Assembly: GCA_021801525.1 (NCBI GenBank)
Contig: JAJYXW010000123.1
Coordinates: forward strand, 1,766-65,765
Reading direction: 5' to 3'
DNA length: 64,000 nt
DNA from: Actinomycetes bacterium
GTDB lineage: Bacteria; Actinomycetota; Acidimicrobiia; Acidimicrobiales; JAJYXR01
Numbering within the stretch: position 1 is the first letter of the stretch; each line of letters opens with the position of its first letter. Under the pieces are notes generated by a model. It saw nothing but the letters and a program-made list of their open reading frames with translations, was not told the origin of the DNA and ran no database searches. A program made the translations under genes and the position numbers. This document shows, piece after piece, positions 34,261 to 43,239 of the stretch.

Positions 34261-35334
34261 GTGTTGCAGCGAGAAGGCCAGGATCCCATCGGCCGGGAGC
34301 GCGCACCCAGGGGAGCGGCGCGGGCCTCGGCGATCGCGCCGTCTGTCCGAGGTCGTGCCACCTACCTCGTATACCGCGGCCTCGGCGAGGCGCTCAGGCG
34401 CCTTCCCGAGCCGATCGCCTTCGGGGCCGGGGCTGTAGTCAGCACAATGCTCATGGCGGCGCGTGCCGACGAGCGTGCCATGTACGCAAGGCACTTGCGG
34501 CGCGTGCTCGGAGCAGAGCTCGGCGAGGGAGAGCTGAGGCGCTGGACACGGCGTGCGTTCATGTCCTACGGGCGCTACTGGGTCGAAGGAGCAAGGCTTC
34601 CCGCGCTGGCTGCGGAGGTGGTCGAGGCGAGGATGCTGATCGAACGCGGGATCGAGCATCTGGTTGCGGCCAAGCGTGCTGGCAACGGGGTGGTGCTGGC
34701 GCTCCCTCACGTCGGGAGCTGGGAGTGGGGAGGTGCCTGGCTCGCGCTCCAGGGATCTCCTATGACAGTCATCGCGGAGCCGGTCGAGCCCCCGGAGCTC
34801 GCTCGGTGGTTCACGGCCGGGCGGAGCGCGATAGGCCTGGAGGTAGTGATGCTGGGGCCAGGTTCGGGGAAGGTGTTGCTGGAGCGGCTGCGCGCCGGTG
34901 GCTTGGTCGGGCTCGTGTCCGACCGGGATCTGACCGGGAACGGCGTCGAGGTCGATCTCTTCGGCGAGCGGACGACCCTGCCGGCGGGTCCCGCGACTCT
35001 TGCCCTCCGGACTGGGGCCGCCCTGTTGACCGCTGCCGTCTACTCGGGACCAGGCAGGGACCACACGGCAGTGGTCAACGCCCCGATCCCGACTCTCAGG
35101 CAGGCCAGCTTCCGGGACGATGTCAGGCGCGTCACGCAGGAGGTGGCCCGGCAACTCGAGGGCTTGATAAGCCGAGCGCCCGAGCAGTGGCACCTCTTCC
35201 AGCCGAACTGGCCCGACGACCCGGGAGCGCGCGAGCGCGTGCGAGGATCCGCATCGCTCGCGGGCTCCGGATCCGGCGACCCGCCAGCGCCCGGGGTGCT
35301 CGCTGAGCGAGGTAGCGCAGGAAGATCGAGGTGA
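34261..35334 (+). CDS. lysophospholipid/lauroyl acyltransferase family (PIM acyltransferase-like)
   Basis: It is LPLAT/HtrB-like (ALPHVGSWEWGG...SDRDLTGNGVEV). Its position between pgsA and pimA matches mycobacteria. The start is GTG. Confidence 0.72.
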   Translation: MLQREGQDPIGRERAPRGAARASAIAPSVRGRATYLVYRGLGEALRRLPEPIAFGAGAVVSTMLMAARADERAMYARHLRRVLGAELGEGELRRWTRRAFMSYGRYWVEGARLPALAAEVVEARMLIERGIEHLVAAKRAGNGVVLALPHVGSWEWGGAWLALQGSPMTVIAEPVEPPELARWFTAGRSAIGLEVVMLGPGSGKVLLERLRAGGLVGLVSDRDLTGNGVEVDLFGERTTLPAGPATLALRTGAALLTAAVYSGPGRDHTAVVNAPIPTLRQASFRDDVRRVTQEVARQLEGLISRAPEQWHLFQPNWPDDPGARERVRGSASLAGSGSGDPPAPGVLAERGSAGRSR

Positions 35335-36485
35335 AGGTCGCACTGCTCTGCCCCTACAGCCTGAGCCTGCCTGGTGGCGTGCAGGGCCAGGTCGTGGGGA
35401 TGGCTGCCGGCCTTGCCCGCATGGGCCACGACGTCCGAGTCCTCGCTCCCGCAGAGGACTCCACGCACGACCTCTCGGAGCGGCTGGGCATCGACGCAGT
35501 GCGGCTCGTGCTTTTGGGATCGTCCATACCCGTGCGTGGAAACGGTTCCGTGGCACCGATCGCCCTGTCGCCGGCAGCGTCGGTCAGGGCACTCGCGGAG
35601 CTGGCGGGTGGCGGTTACGACGTCGCGCATCTCCACGAGCCGTTCGCGCCGGGTCCGAACTGGGCGTGCGTGGCTTTCGCCGGCACTCCACTGTGCGGCA
35701 CACCACTCATCGGCACTTTCCACCGGGCGGGCACTGACGCTCTCTACCGCCTGCTGGCCCCAGTGGCAAGGGTTGCTGCACGCCGACTGCGGGTCCGCTG
35801 CGCGGTCTCGGAGGCGGCAGCGGCGACTGCGATGGCGATCAGCGGAGGCAGCTACGAGATCGTCGGCAACGGCATCGACTTCACGCGCTTTGCCGACGTC
35901 GAGCCGTGGCCCGCCGATGCGCCGACCGTCCTCTTCGCGGGACGCCACGAGCAGCGCAAGGGTCTCGGCGTGCTCCTGGATGCGTTCGCCGGCGTGCAGG
36001 CTCGTACCAGGGAGCGTCCTGGCGGCGCAGAGCCGGTGCTCTGGGTTGCCGGCGAGGGCCCCGAGACTTCCTCGTTGCGCCGCAAGGCCATCGGGTTGTC
36101 CCGAGTCGAATGGCTCGGGCGCGTGGGCGACCTCGAGCTGGCACGGAGAATGCGAGGTGCGGACATCCTGTGCGTTCCCTCCCTCGCGGGTGAGTCGTTC
36201 GGGGTAGTTCTTGCCGAGGGAATGGCCGCAGGTTGCCTGGTGGTCGCGAGCGACTTGCCTGGCTACAGATCGGTGCTCGGCAGCCACGGGGTCCTAGTGG
36301 CTCCAGGTGACGCTGGGGCGCTGTGTAATGCGCTGCTCGGTGCGCTGGAAAGCGTGCGCCGCGGTGCGGGCCTGGCAAGCCGCTCCTCGGTGGTAGCGCG
36401 CGACCGTTGGAGCAGGCAGTGGTCGATGGACGCAATTTGTGCCACCTACGTAGATATCTACCGGCGCGCTATGGCCGGGCGCTGA
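35331..36485 (+). CDS. pimA: GT4 glycosyltransferase, phosphatidylinositol alpha-mannosyltransferase-like
   Basis: MKVALLCPYSLSLPGGVQGQV...GESFGVVLAEGMAAG is closely PimA-like. There is a GTGA overlap with the upstream stop. Confidence 0.8.
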   Translation: MKVALLCPYSLSLPGGVQGQVVGMAAGLARMGHDVRVLAPAEDSTHDLSERLGIDAVRLVLLGSSIPVRGNGSVAPIALSPAASVRALAELAGGGYDVAHLHEPFAPGPNWACVAFAGTPLCGTPLIGTFHRAGTDALYRLLAPVARVAARRLRVRCAVSEAAAATAMAISGGSYEIVGNGIDFTRFADVEPWPADAPTVLFAGRHEQRKGLGVLLDAFAGVQARTRERPGGAEPVLWVAGEGPETSSLRRKAIGLSRVEWLGRVGDLELARRMRGADILCVPSLAGESFGVVLAEGMAAGCLVVASDLPGYRSVLGSHGVLVAPGDAGALCNALLGALESVRRGAGLASRSSVVARDRWSRQWSMDAICATYVDIYRRAMAGR

Positions 36486-36534
36486 GAGCTACTCGAGAGC
36501 CTGGCCCGCGCCTGTCCGGCATACACTGTCAGCG

Positions 36535-37578
36535 ATGGCTGACCAGCGAAGCGCCAACCGGCAGGGTTCCAACCGGCAGGGTTCCAACCGGCACAGTGCG
36601 AACCGGCAGGGTTCCAACCGGCACAGTGCGAACCGGCAGGGTTCCAACCGGCAGGGAGGCAACCGGCACACTGCTGAGCGGCACAGTGGCAACGGGCAGG
36701 GTGTCGGCAGCGAAGGGGCTGCGGCTCTCTGGGAAGCCGCCGCGCGCGACGTTCGCGCTGGCGCAGACAAGATCGCATTGCGCAATCGTAGAAATGCGGC
36801 GCTGCTCGCACTCGTTCCCGGGGTGCTGGTCGGGGTTCTTCTCGTGGCGCTGATCGGCTCGCTGGCATCGCTGGCTGCCGGGCTGGTCACCGGCATCGTG
36901 GCATGCGTGGCTACGAGCATTCTCGTGTGGTACGCATCCGCGCCCGTGCTGCTCAGGTGGCTCGGTGCAGTGCCTGCGTCCGAGGATGAGCTTCCCCGCC
37001 TGTACAACCTCGTAGACGGGATCTGCACGACAATGGGACTTGCGATGCCGGAGATCCGGTTGCTCGATGTCGACTGGCCCGATGCGCTCGTTCTCGGAGG
37101 TCCTCACCGGCGAGTCGCTCTCGTGGTCACGAGGGGCCTGGTCGACGGATTGAGCCTCGTGCAGCTCGAAGGCGTGCTCGCGCACGAGCTGGTGCATGTG
37201 AACCGCGCAGAAGCCGCACGCGGGACCGTTGCTGCTGCCGTCGCGCTTCCGGTAGCAGCGCTGGGACCGAGCAAGGCTGCCTCGTTGGTCCACGTGTTGG
37301 CAGGGCGCGGCCGCGAGATGAGCTGCGACCAGTCTGCCGTGAGGGTTACACGGTACCCACCAGGACTTCGCGACGCCCTCGAGGCGATAGCTGCGCGCGC
37401 CGGAGCGGGGCGCGCCGGAGCGGGTCTCGGGAGCAGGACCGGCCGCGTGGCCTCGGGAGTGCTCGGTGCGACGAGCTGGCTCTGGACCGTAGCGATCGAT
37501 CCCCCCGACGATCCCGACAGCCTCACCGGGGAGCTCGATGCGCCCGGCATCAGGATCGCTGCGCTCTCAGAGCTGTGA
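36535..37578 (+). CDS. M48-family (HtpX-like) zinc metallopeptidase; N-terminal ~57 aa encoded by a tandem repeat (start uncertain)
   Basis: It has the HELVHV zinc motif after two TM helices. An alternative in-frame TTG about 36.78 kb (LRNRRNAALLAL...) would place the repeat array in the 5' leader. Confidence 0.7.
   Translation: MADQRSANRQGSNRQGSNRHSANRQGSNRHSANRQGSNRQGGNRHTAERHSGNGQGVGSEGAAALWEAAARDVRAGADKIALRNRRNAALLALVPGVLVGVLLVALIGSLASLAAGLVTGIVACVATSILVWYASAPVLLRWLGAVPASEDELPRLYNLVDGICTTMGLAMPEIRLLDVDWPDALVLGGPHRRVALVVTRGLVDGLSLVQLEGVLAHELVHVNRAEAARGTVAAAVALPVAALGPSKAASLVHVLAGRGREMSCDQSAVRVTRYPPGLRDALEAIAARAGAGRAGAGLGSRTGRVASGVLGATSWLWTVAIDPPDDPDSLTGELDAPGIRIAALSEL
36556..36705 (+). repeat. 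15-nt tandem repeat, about 10 units in two alternating variants (aaccggcagggttcc / aaccggcacagtgcg)
   Basis: Units were counted directly. A 30-nt higher-order unit occurs twice (36571-36600 and 36601-36630). Confidence 0.9.
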
Positions 37579-37618
37579 CTACTCGAACTAGGCACGCCGC
37601 TTCCGGGGAGCCGGTATC

Positions 37619-38620
37619 ATGGCTTGCATGACCCAAGCAGCCGGCCCTGCAGCAGAGTCACCTGCAGCAGAGTCACGTGCAGCAGAGTCACCTGCAGCAG
37701 AGTCACCTGCAGCAGAGTCACCTGCAGCAGAGTCAGGCAGCGCGCCCTCCAAGGGTACGGACACGGTGAAGCGTGGTCTCGCTGAGATGCTCCGCGGCGG
37801 GGTGATCATGGACGTGGTAACGGCGGAGCAGGCCCTCGTGGCCGAGGACGCGGGCGCGGTTGCGGTGATGGCGCTCGAGAGGGTTCCGGCGGACATCAGG
37901 GCGGAGGGTGGCGTGGCTCGGATGAGCGATCCTGCCCTGATCGAAGCTATACAGCACGCCGTGACCATCCCAGTGATGGCCAAGGCGCGCATCGGGCACT
38001 TCGCGGAGGCGCAGGTTCTCGAGGCCCTCGGTGTCGACTACGTGGACGAGAGCGAGGTGCTGACACCGGCGGACGAGGAGAACCACATCGACAAGTGGCG
38101 CTTTCGGGTGCCGTTCGTGTGCGGCGCCACGAACCTGGGTGAAGCCCTGAGGAGGATCTCCGAGGGGGCGGCTCTCATCCGCTCTAAGGGCGAGGCCGGC
38201 ACGGGTGACATAGTGGAAGCTGTACGCCATCTGCGATCCATCGTCGGCGATATCAAGAGCTTGTCGGCGGCGGACCCGTCGGAGCACTATTCGTGGGCTA
38301 AGAGGCTCGGGGCTCCAATCGACCTCGTTGCCGAGGTAGCGAGCACCGGTAGGCTGCCCGTGCCCCTGTTCTGCGCTGGTGGAATTGCGACTCCGGCCGA
38401 CGCCGCCCTGGTCATGCAGCTGGGGGCCGAGGCTGTGTTCGTGGGTTCGGGGATCTTCAAGAGCGAGGACCCGGCCCGGCGTGCGGGTGCGATCGTCGAG
38501 GCGACCGCCCACTTCGCAGACCCTGAGATCGTGGCGAAGGTGAGCCGCGGCCTCGGCGCACCAATGGCGGGCCAGTCCGCGCTGGGTGTGCGGGAGCGCC
38601 TGGCCGATCGTGGCTGGTAG
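37619..38620 (+). CDS. pdxS: pyridoxal 5'-phosphate synthase lyase subunit
   Basis: [18 protein letters not shown]...[12 protein letters not shown]...GEAGTG. The N-terminus carries an (AAESP)n extension encoded by a 15-nt repeat. Confidence 0.88.
   Translation: MACMTQAAGPAAESPAAESRAAESPAAESPAAESPAAESGSAPSKGTDTVKRGLAEMLRGGVIMDVVTAEQALVAEDAGAVAVMALERVPADIRAEGGVARMSDPALIEAIQHAVTIPVMAKARIGHFAEAQVLEALGVDYVDESEVLTPADEENHIDKWRFRVPFVCGATNLGEALRRISEGAALIRSKGEAGTGDIVEAVRHLRSIVGDIKSLSAADPSEHYSWAKRLGAPIDLVAEVASTGRLPVPLFCAGGIATPADAALVMQLGAEAVFVGSGIFKSEDPARRAGAIVEATAHFADPEIVAKVSRGLGAPMAGQSALGVRERLADRGW
37649..37738 (+). repeat. 15-nt tandem repeat x6 (gcagcagagtcacct)
   Basis: Units start at 37649, 37664, 37679, 37694, 37709 and 37724. 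Units 2 and 6 are variant. Confidence 0.9.
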
Positions 38621-38643
38621 AGGCCTCGCGGAGGTGCCCCCAG

Positions 38644-39276
38644 GTGGAAATAGGCGTGATCGCCCTGCAGGGATCCTTCGCGGAGCATGCGGCCGCCCTG
38701 GCTGACGCCGGGGCATCAGCACGCCTTGTCCGCAGTCCCCACGACCTTCTGGGTATCGCGGCCATCGTCATACCAGGGGGCGAGTCGACGACCCTGTCTA
38801 TGCTCATGTCCTCTTCGGGGATCTTCGAGCCCCTGGCCAAGGAGATCGCAGCGGGGCTTCCGGCGATGGGCACCTGCGCGGGGATGATAATGCTGGCGGC
38901 GGGGGTGAGAGACGGTCGCCAGGACCAGCGTAGCTTCGGGGCGATGGACATCACGGTGAGGCGCAACGCATCGGGGCGGCAGGTGGACTCCTTCGAGGCG
39001 GACATCGAGGTCCCGTGCCTTGGAGACCCTCCTTTGCACGGTGTGTTCATACGAGCGCCGGCGGTGGAGTCGGCTGGTCCGGAGGTCGAGGTCCTGGCCC
39101 GCCTCGCCGTAGCGGATACCCTGAGTGGCACCGGTGACACGGGCTCCCTGGACGGCCTCGGGAGCCCGGTCTTGTGCAGGCAGGGCAGTGTGATCGCTTC
39201 GACCTTCCACCCGGAGCTGACGGCTGACCGCCGCCTCCACAGGCTTTTCGTGGCGATGGCGGCTGCGAGCGTATGA
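38644..39276 (+). CDS. pdxT: pyridoxal 5'-phosphate synthase glutaminase subunit
   Basis: IGVIALQGSFAEH...PGGESTT...GTCAGMI...FHPE. Confidence 0.85.
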   Translation: MEIGVIALQGSFAEHAAALADAGASARLVRSPHDLLGIAAIVIPGGESTTLSMLMSSSGIFEPLAKEIAAGLPAMGTCAGMIMLAAGVRDGRQDQRSFGAMDITVRRNASGRQVDSFEADIEVPCLGDPPLHGVFIRAPAVESAGPEVEVLARLAVADTLSGTGDTGSLDGLGSPVLCRQGSVIASTFHPELTADRRLHRLFVAMAAASV

Positions 39277-39299
39277 GACTCGACGGGAGGTGCTGAGAC

Positions 39300-40052
39300 A
39301 TGTCAGGGCATTCGAAATGGGCGACCACCAAGCATCGCAAGGCGGCTGTCGACAAGGCGCGCGCCAAGCTCTTCGCGAAGCTAATACGCCAGATAGAGGT
39401 TGCGGCGCGTGAGGGTGGAGGAGATCTCGACGCCAACCCGACACTCAGGACGATGTTCGACAAGGCGCGCTCCGCATCGGTGCCGGCGGACACCATCGAG
39501 AGGGCGGTAAAGCGGGGCACCGGCGAGCTCGAGGGGGTGCGCTACGAGCCGGTTTCCTACGAGGGATACGCACCCGGGGGCGTTGCGGTCATCGTGGAGT
39601 GCCTCACCGACAACCGCAACCGCACCGGTGCGGAGATCCGCAACATCTTCTCGAGGAACGGCGGCTCTACCGCCGAGCCGGGTGCAGTGGCGTGGCAGTT
39701 CTCCCGCAAAGGGATGATCGTGCTCGGGCGTGACGCGGACGAAGACGCCATCATGGAAGCCGCTCTCGACGCAGGCGCGGAGGACTTGGTCGACGAGGAG
39801 GACCGCTGGGAGCTCGTGTGCGCGCCCCAGGACATGGCAGCCGTGCGCTCTGCGCTCGAGGCGGCGGGGTTCACCCCGCTGTCTGCGGACCTGGCCCTCG
39901 TCGCCACCACGGTGGTGCCCGTCTCCGACGACGGCGAGGCGCGCCGCGTGCTCAGGTTGGTGGAAGCGCTGGACGACCACGACGACGTGCAGGCCGTCTG
40001 GTCCAACTTCGACATTTCTGACGAGGTTCTCGCGGCTGCCGCCGAGAGCTGA
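39300..40052 (+). CDS. yebC: YebC/PmpR-family transcriptional regulator
   Basis: MSGHSKWATTKHRKAAVDKARAKLFAKL... A GGGAGG SD lies upstream. Confidence 0.88.
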   Translation: MSGHSKWATTKHRKAAVDKARAKLFAKLIRQIEVAAREGGGDLDANPTLRTMFDKARSASVPADTIERAVKRGTGELEGVRYEPVSYEGYAPGGVAVIVECLTDNRNRTGAEIRNIFSRNGGSTAEPGAVAWQFSRKGMIVLGRDADEDAIMEAALDAGAEDLVDEEDRWELVCAPQDMAAVRSALEAAGFTPLSADLALVATTVVPVSDDGEARRVLRLVEALDDHDDVQAVWSNFDISDEVLAAAAES

Positions 40053-40119
40053 GAGCCTCCGCTGGAGGATGCCGGTGGCATCCACCAGGCGCCCGGTTCT
40101 CGGAGCTAAGCTAGAACGG

Positions 40120-40734
40120 GTGTTCGTGCTTGGTATCGATCCGGGGCTGTCGCGATGCGGATACGGCGTGCTCGAGCGCGACGCCAGAGGGCCGAGGGCG
40201 GTGGCCGGCGGGGTGATCACCACGGACACCAGGGAGTGCGTGGCGGAGCGCCTCTCTGCGTTGCTGGTGGACCTGCGCGCGCTGGTGGCCGAGGTGGCCC
40301 CGGACGCGGTCGCCGTAGAGCGCGTGTTCTTTCAGACCAATGCCCTGACGGCGACCTCGGTTGCCCAGGCAGCCGGGCTCGCTCTCGTGGCTGCAGCCGA
40401 GGGCGGCTGCGAAGTAGCCGAGTACACCTCCAACGAGGTGAAGCAGGCTGTCGTCGGCTATGGGAACGCGACCAAGGCGCAGGTCCAGCGCATGGTCGCC
40501 CAGGTCCTCGGCCTCTCCGTTCCCCCGCGTCCGCCTGACGTGGCGGACGCTCTCGGGCTCGCGCTGTGCCATCTGGCTTCCGAGCCGCTGCGCCGCAGCC
40601 TCGCGCTAAGCGCGAAGACGGCTGGGCAGCGAGCTCACTCGGACCGATCCGGAACGCCGTCACGAAGGGACCTGTCGTCACGAAGGGACCTGTCGTCACG
40701 AAGGGACCTGCTGTCACGAAGGGAGGCTCAATGA
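40120..40734 (+). CDS. ruvC: crossover junction endodeoxyribonuclease RuvC with repeat-encoded C-terminal tail
   Basis: [19 protein letters not shown]...[22 protein letters not shown]...[14 protein letters not shown]. The start is set at GTG 40120. Confidence 0.82.
   Translation: MFVLGIDPGLSRCGYGVLERDARGPRAVAGGVITTDTRECVAERLSALLVDLRALVAEVAPDAVAVERVFFQTNALTATSVAQAAGLALVAAAEGGCEVAEYTSNEVKQAVVGYGNATKAQVQRMVAQVLGLSVPPRPPDVADALGLALCHLASEPLRRSLALSAKTAGQRAHSDRSGTPSRRDLSSRRDLSSRRDLLSRREAQ
40659..40726 (+). repeat. 18-nt tandem repeat, about 3.8 units (gtcacgaagggacctgtc), last unit forming the ruvA Shine-Dalgarno
   Basis: Units start at 40659, 40677 and 40695. A partial unit at 40713 reads gtcacgaagggagg, followed by ctca and ATG (40731). 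Confidence 0.9.
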
Positions 40735-41330
40735 TTGGCTGGCTGCGAGGAACGCTGCTCGAGCGCCTGGCTACGGGCGAGGTGCTCGTCGGGGTCGGGG
40801 GCGTGGGTTACAGGGTGTCCGTCCCGGCGAATCTGGTCTCCTCTCTCTCTTCGGTGGGGACTGCCGTGGAGCTGCACGTGCACACCCATGTTCGCGAAGA
40901 CGCGATCGTCCTCTACGGGTTCTCGAGCCTGGCGGAGCGCCGGGTCTTCGAGGCGCTGATCGGTGCTCACGGGGTCGGTCCGTCGCTGGCGCTCGCCGTG
41001 CTCTCGGTGCTCGGACCCGAGGAGTTGCTCCGCGCGGTGCAGGCGGCGGACGTCGACGCGCTCTGCTCGGTCCCAGGCGTCGGGCGCAAGACGGCCCAGC
41101 GTCTGCTGCTCGAGCTCGCGCCCAGCTTCGCCGACGGCCAGATGCCAGGTGCAGTCGGGACTGTGCCGGAGGCGGGCGGGAGCTCCGGACATTCCGACAT
41201 ACGTGCAGCGCTCGTGGAGCTCGGCTACGGGCCCGACGAGGTACGCGGGGCCATGGCGTCGTTGCCGAGCGAAGGCAGCGTGGAAGAGCTGCTGAAGGGT
41301 GCTCTTCGAGAGCTGGCCTCCTCGCGATGA
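40731..41330 (+). CDS. ruvA: Holliday junction branch migration complex subunit RuvA
   Basis: [11 protein letters not shown]...GVGYRV...[12 protein letters not shown]...[16 protein letters not shown]. There is an ATGA overlap with the ruvC stop. Confidence 0.88.
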   Translation: MIGWLRGTLLERLATGEVLVGVGGVGYRVSVPANLVSSLSSVGTAVELHVHTHVREDAIVLYGFSSLAERRVFEALIGAHGVGPSLALAVLSVLGPEELLRAVQAADVDALCSVPGVGRKTAQRLLLELAPSFADGQMPGAVGTVPEAGGSSGHSDIRAALVELGYGPDEVRGAMASLPSEGSVEELLKGALRELASSR

Positions 41331-42475
41331 GCCCTCGACGTGAGGTTTTGTCGCGAGGCCCGGGCCCGGAGGAGCCGCCGCTCACACCGCTCGGCCCAGA
41401 AGAGACCGCCGACGACACGGGGCTCGACCTCGACAGGGGGTTCGACCTCGACACGGGGAGGGCCCTCGACCCGGGCCCAGGTCCGGCCGAGGTGGCCGAG
41501 GAAGCCAGGCTGCGCCCGAGGCGTCTCTCGGAGTTCATCGGGCAGGCACAGCTCATCGAGCATCTGGAGATCCTGCTCGAGGCCGCGAGGCGCCGTGGCA
41601 AGCCCGTGGACCATGTTCTATTTGCCGGCCCCCCTGGCCTCGGAAAGACCTCCCTCGCAGGAGTCGTGGCCGCCGAGATGGGGGTGGGCATGCGCATCAC
41701 CTCGGGACCTGCCCTGCTGCGCTCGGGCGACCTCGCCGCAATCCTCACGGACCTTCACGCGGGGGACGTGCTGTTCATCGACGAGATCCACCGGCTACCG
41801 CGTCCGGTGGAGGAGGTCCTTTACCCGGCCATGGAGGACTTCCAGTTCGACATCCTCATCGGCAAGGGCCCTACTGCGAGGTCGATAAGGCTCGACCTCC
41901 CACGCTTCACGCTCGTCGGCGCCACGACTCGCACGGGTTTGCTCACGGGCCCACTTCGCGACCGCTTCGGCTTCGTAGGCAGGCTGGACCTCTACGGCGC
42001 CGCGGAGCTCGAGGAGGTCGTAGTGCGCTCTGCCGGCATCCTCGGGGTGGACATCACGCCGGGAGGTGCGAGGCTGATAGCCGAGCGCTCCCGGGGCACC
42101 CCGCGCATCGCCAACCGCCTCCTCCGCCGGGTCAGGGACTTCGTGGAGGTGCGGGCGGAGGGTCGGATAACCGACGAGCTGGCAGCGGCCGGCCTTGCGG
42201 TGTTCGGTGTGGACGACCTCGGTCTCGACAAGGTGGACCGGGCCATACTGGACGTCTTGTGCACTCGTTTCGGGGGTCGCCCTGTGGGCCTCGGCACCCT
42301 TGCGCACTGCGTGGGCGAGGAGCCTGGTACCGTAGAGGACGCGTACGAGCCGTACCTGCTCCACCGAGGCCTTGTCCAGCGCACGGCAAGGGGGCGCGTG
42401 GCTACACCGCGCGCCTTCGAGCATCTTGGACTCGCTCCAGGGGGTGGGCACGGCTTGACGCTCGCGCTGGGCTAA
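41327..42475 (+). CDS. ruvB: Holliday junction branch migration DNA helicase RuvB
   Basis: [12 protein letters not shown]...[11 protein letters not shown]...LFIDEIHRL. There is an ATGA overlap with the ruvA stop. The N-terminus has an 18-nt x3 repeat (41419-41472). Confidence 0.9.
   Translation: MSPRREVLSRGPGPEEPPLTPLGPEETADDTGLDLDRGFDLDTGRALDPGPGPAEVAEEARLRPRRLSEFIGQAQLIEHLEILLEAARRRGKPVDHVLFAGPPGLGKTSLAGVVAAEMGVGMRITSGPALLRSGDLAAILTDLHAGDVLFIDEIHRLPRPVEEVLYPAMEDFQFDILIGKGPTARSIRLDLPRFTLVGATTRTGLLTGPLRDRFGFVGRLDLYGAAELEEVVVRSAGILGVDITPGGARLIAERSRGTPRIANRLLRRVRDFVEVRAEGRITDELAAAGLAVFGVDDLGLDKVDRAILDVLCTRFGGRPVGLGTLAHCVGEEPGTVEDAYEPYLLHRGLVQRTARGRVATPRAFEHLGLAPGGGHGLTLALG
41419..41472 (+). 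repeat. 18-nt tandem repeat x3 (degenerate) in the ruvB 5' end
   Basis: ggggctcgacctcgacag / ggggttcgacctcgacac / ggggagggccctcgaccc. Confidence 0.7.
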
Positions 42476-42525
42476 CCTCTTGGCTTTGCGCTCCCGGGCG
42501 CGGGCCCGCAGGCGGGTCGCGTGCC

Positions 42526-43239
42526 ATGCCAACTTCATCGAGAGGCACCATTCCCTTGCCGACAGCCATCATCCTCGCAGCCGCTCATGCCACCAGCTCC
42601 AAGACGTCGTCCTCGGCGTCGGGGACAATCTTCTACCTGCTGTTCCTGGTAGCCATAGGCTACGTGCTCTGGCGGATGTTCATGCGCCCGCAGTCCCAAC
42701 GCACGAAGGCGCAGCGCCAGTTGCTGAACGAGGTCCAGGTGGGCGACGACGTCCTCACCACCTCCGGCATCTTCGGGACGGTGGTCGAGCTCGAGTCCGA
42801 CAAGGTGACTCTCGAGGTGGCACCGGACGTCACCATCGTGCTGCTGCGCTCCGCCCTCGGCCAGAGGCTCAGCTCCGCTGCCGAGGCGAGCGGCGCCGGC
42901 AGGGGCGAGCACGAGGACGCCTCGGAGCTCGGGGCGCCCTGGGATGCCGACGACGAGCCCGCCGACGGGGACGATGACGCTCCGGATAACGGCGAAAGCG
43001 ACCCTTCGGGTGCCACCTATGACGGCGATGCCTACGAAGCGGAGGACGATCCCGAGGAAGGCTCCGAGGACGGCTCCGGCGAGGATCACGGCGAGGAGGT
43101 CGTGGGGGAGCACGGTGACCTGCCTGGCGGGGAGGAAGGCGGTGCCAGCGGCTCGCGAGCAGAGACCAACGGCCGTGCATCTGGCGAGGGGGTCGAAGGG
43201 GCGCGTACCGCCGGGCCGAGGAAGCGGCGCCCGCGATGA
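42526..43239 (+). CDS. yajC: preprotein translocase subunit YajC with long acidic C-terminal tail
   Basis: The core is FYLLFLVAIGYVLWRMFMRPQSQRTKAQRQLLNEVQVGDDVLTTSGIFGTVVE. The start is set at ATG 42526. Confidence 0.78.
   Translation: MPTSSRGTIPLPTAIILAAAHATSSKTSSSASGTIFYLLFLVAIGYVLWRMFMRPQSQRTKAQRQLLNEVQVGDDVLTTSGIFGTVVELESDKVTLEVAPDVTIVLLRSALGQRLSSAAEASGAGRGEHEDASELGAPWDADDEPADGDDDAPDNGESDPSGATYDGDAYEAEDDPEEGSEDGSGEDHGEEVVGEHGDLPGGEEGGASGSRAETNGRASGEGVEGARTAGPRKRRPR

Noticed and set aside
36556-36705. Possible CRISPR array. Regular 15-nt repeats occur here, and also at 37649-37738 and 33068-33112.
   Set aside because: The units are head-to-tail with no unique spacers. They are far shorter than CRISPR repeats, and no cas genes are present. 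These are simple tandem repeats.
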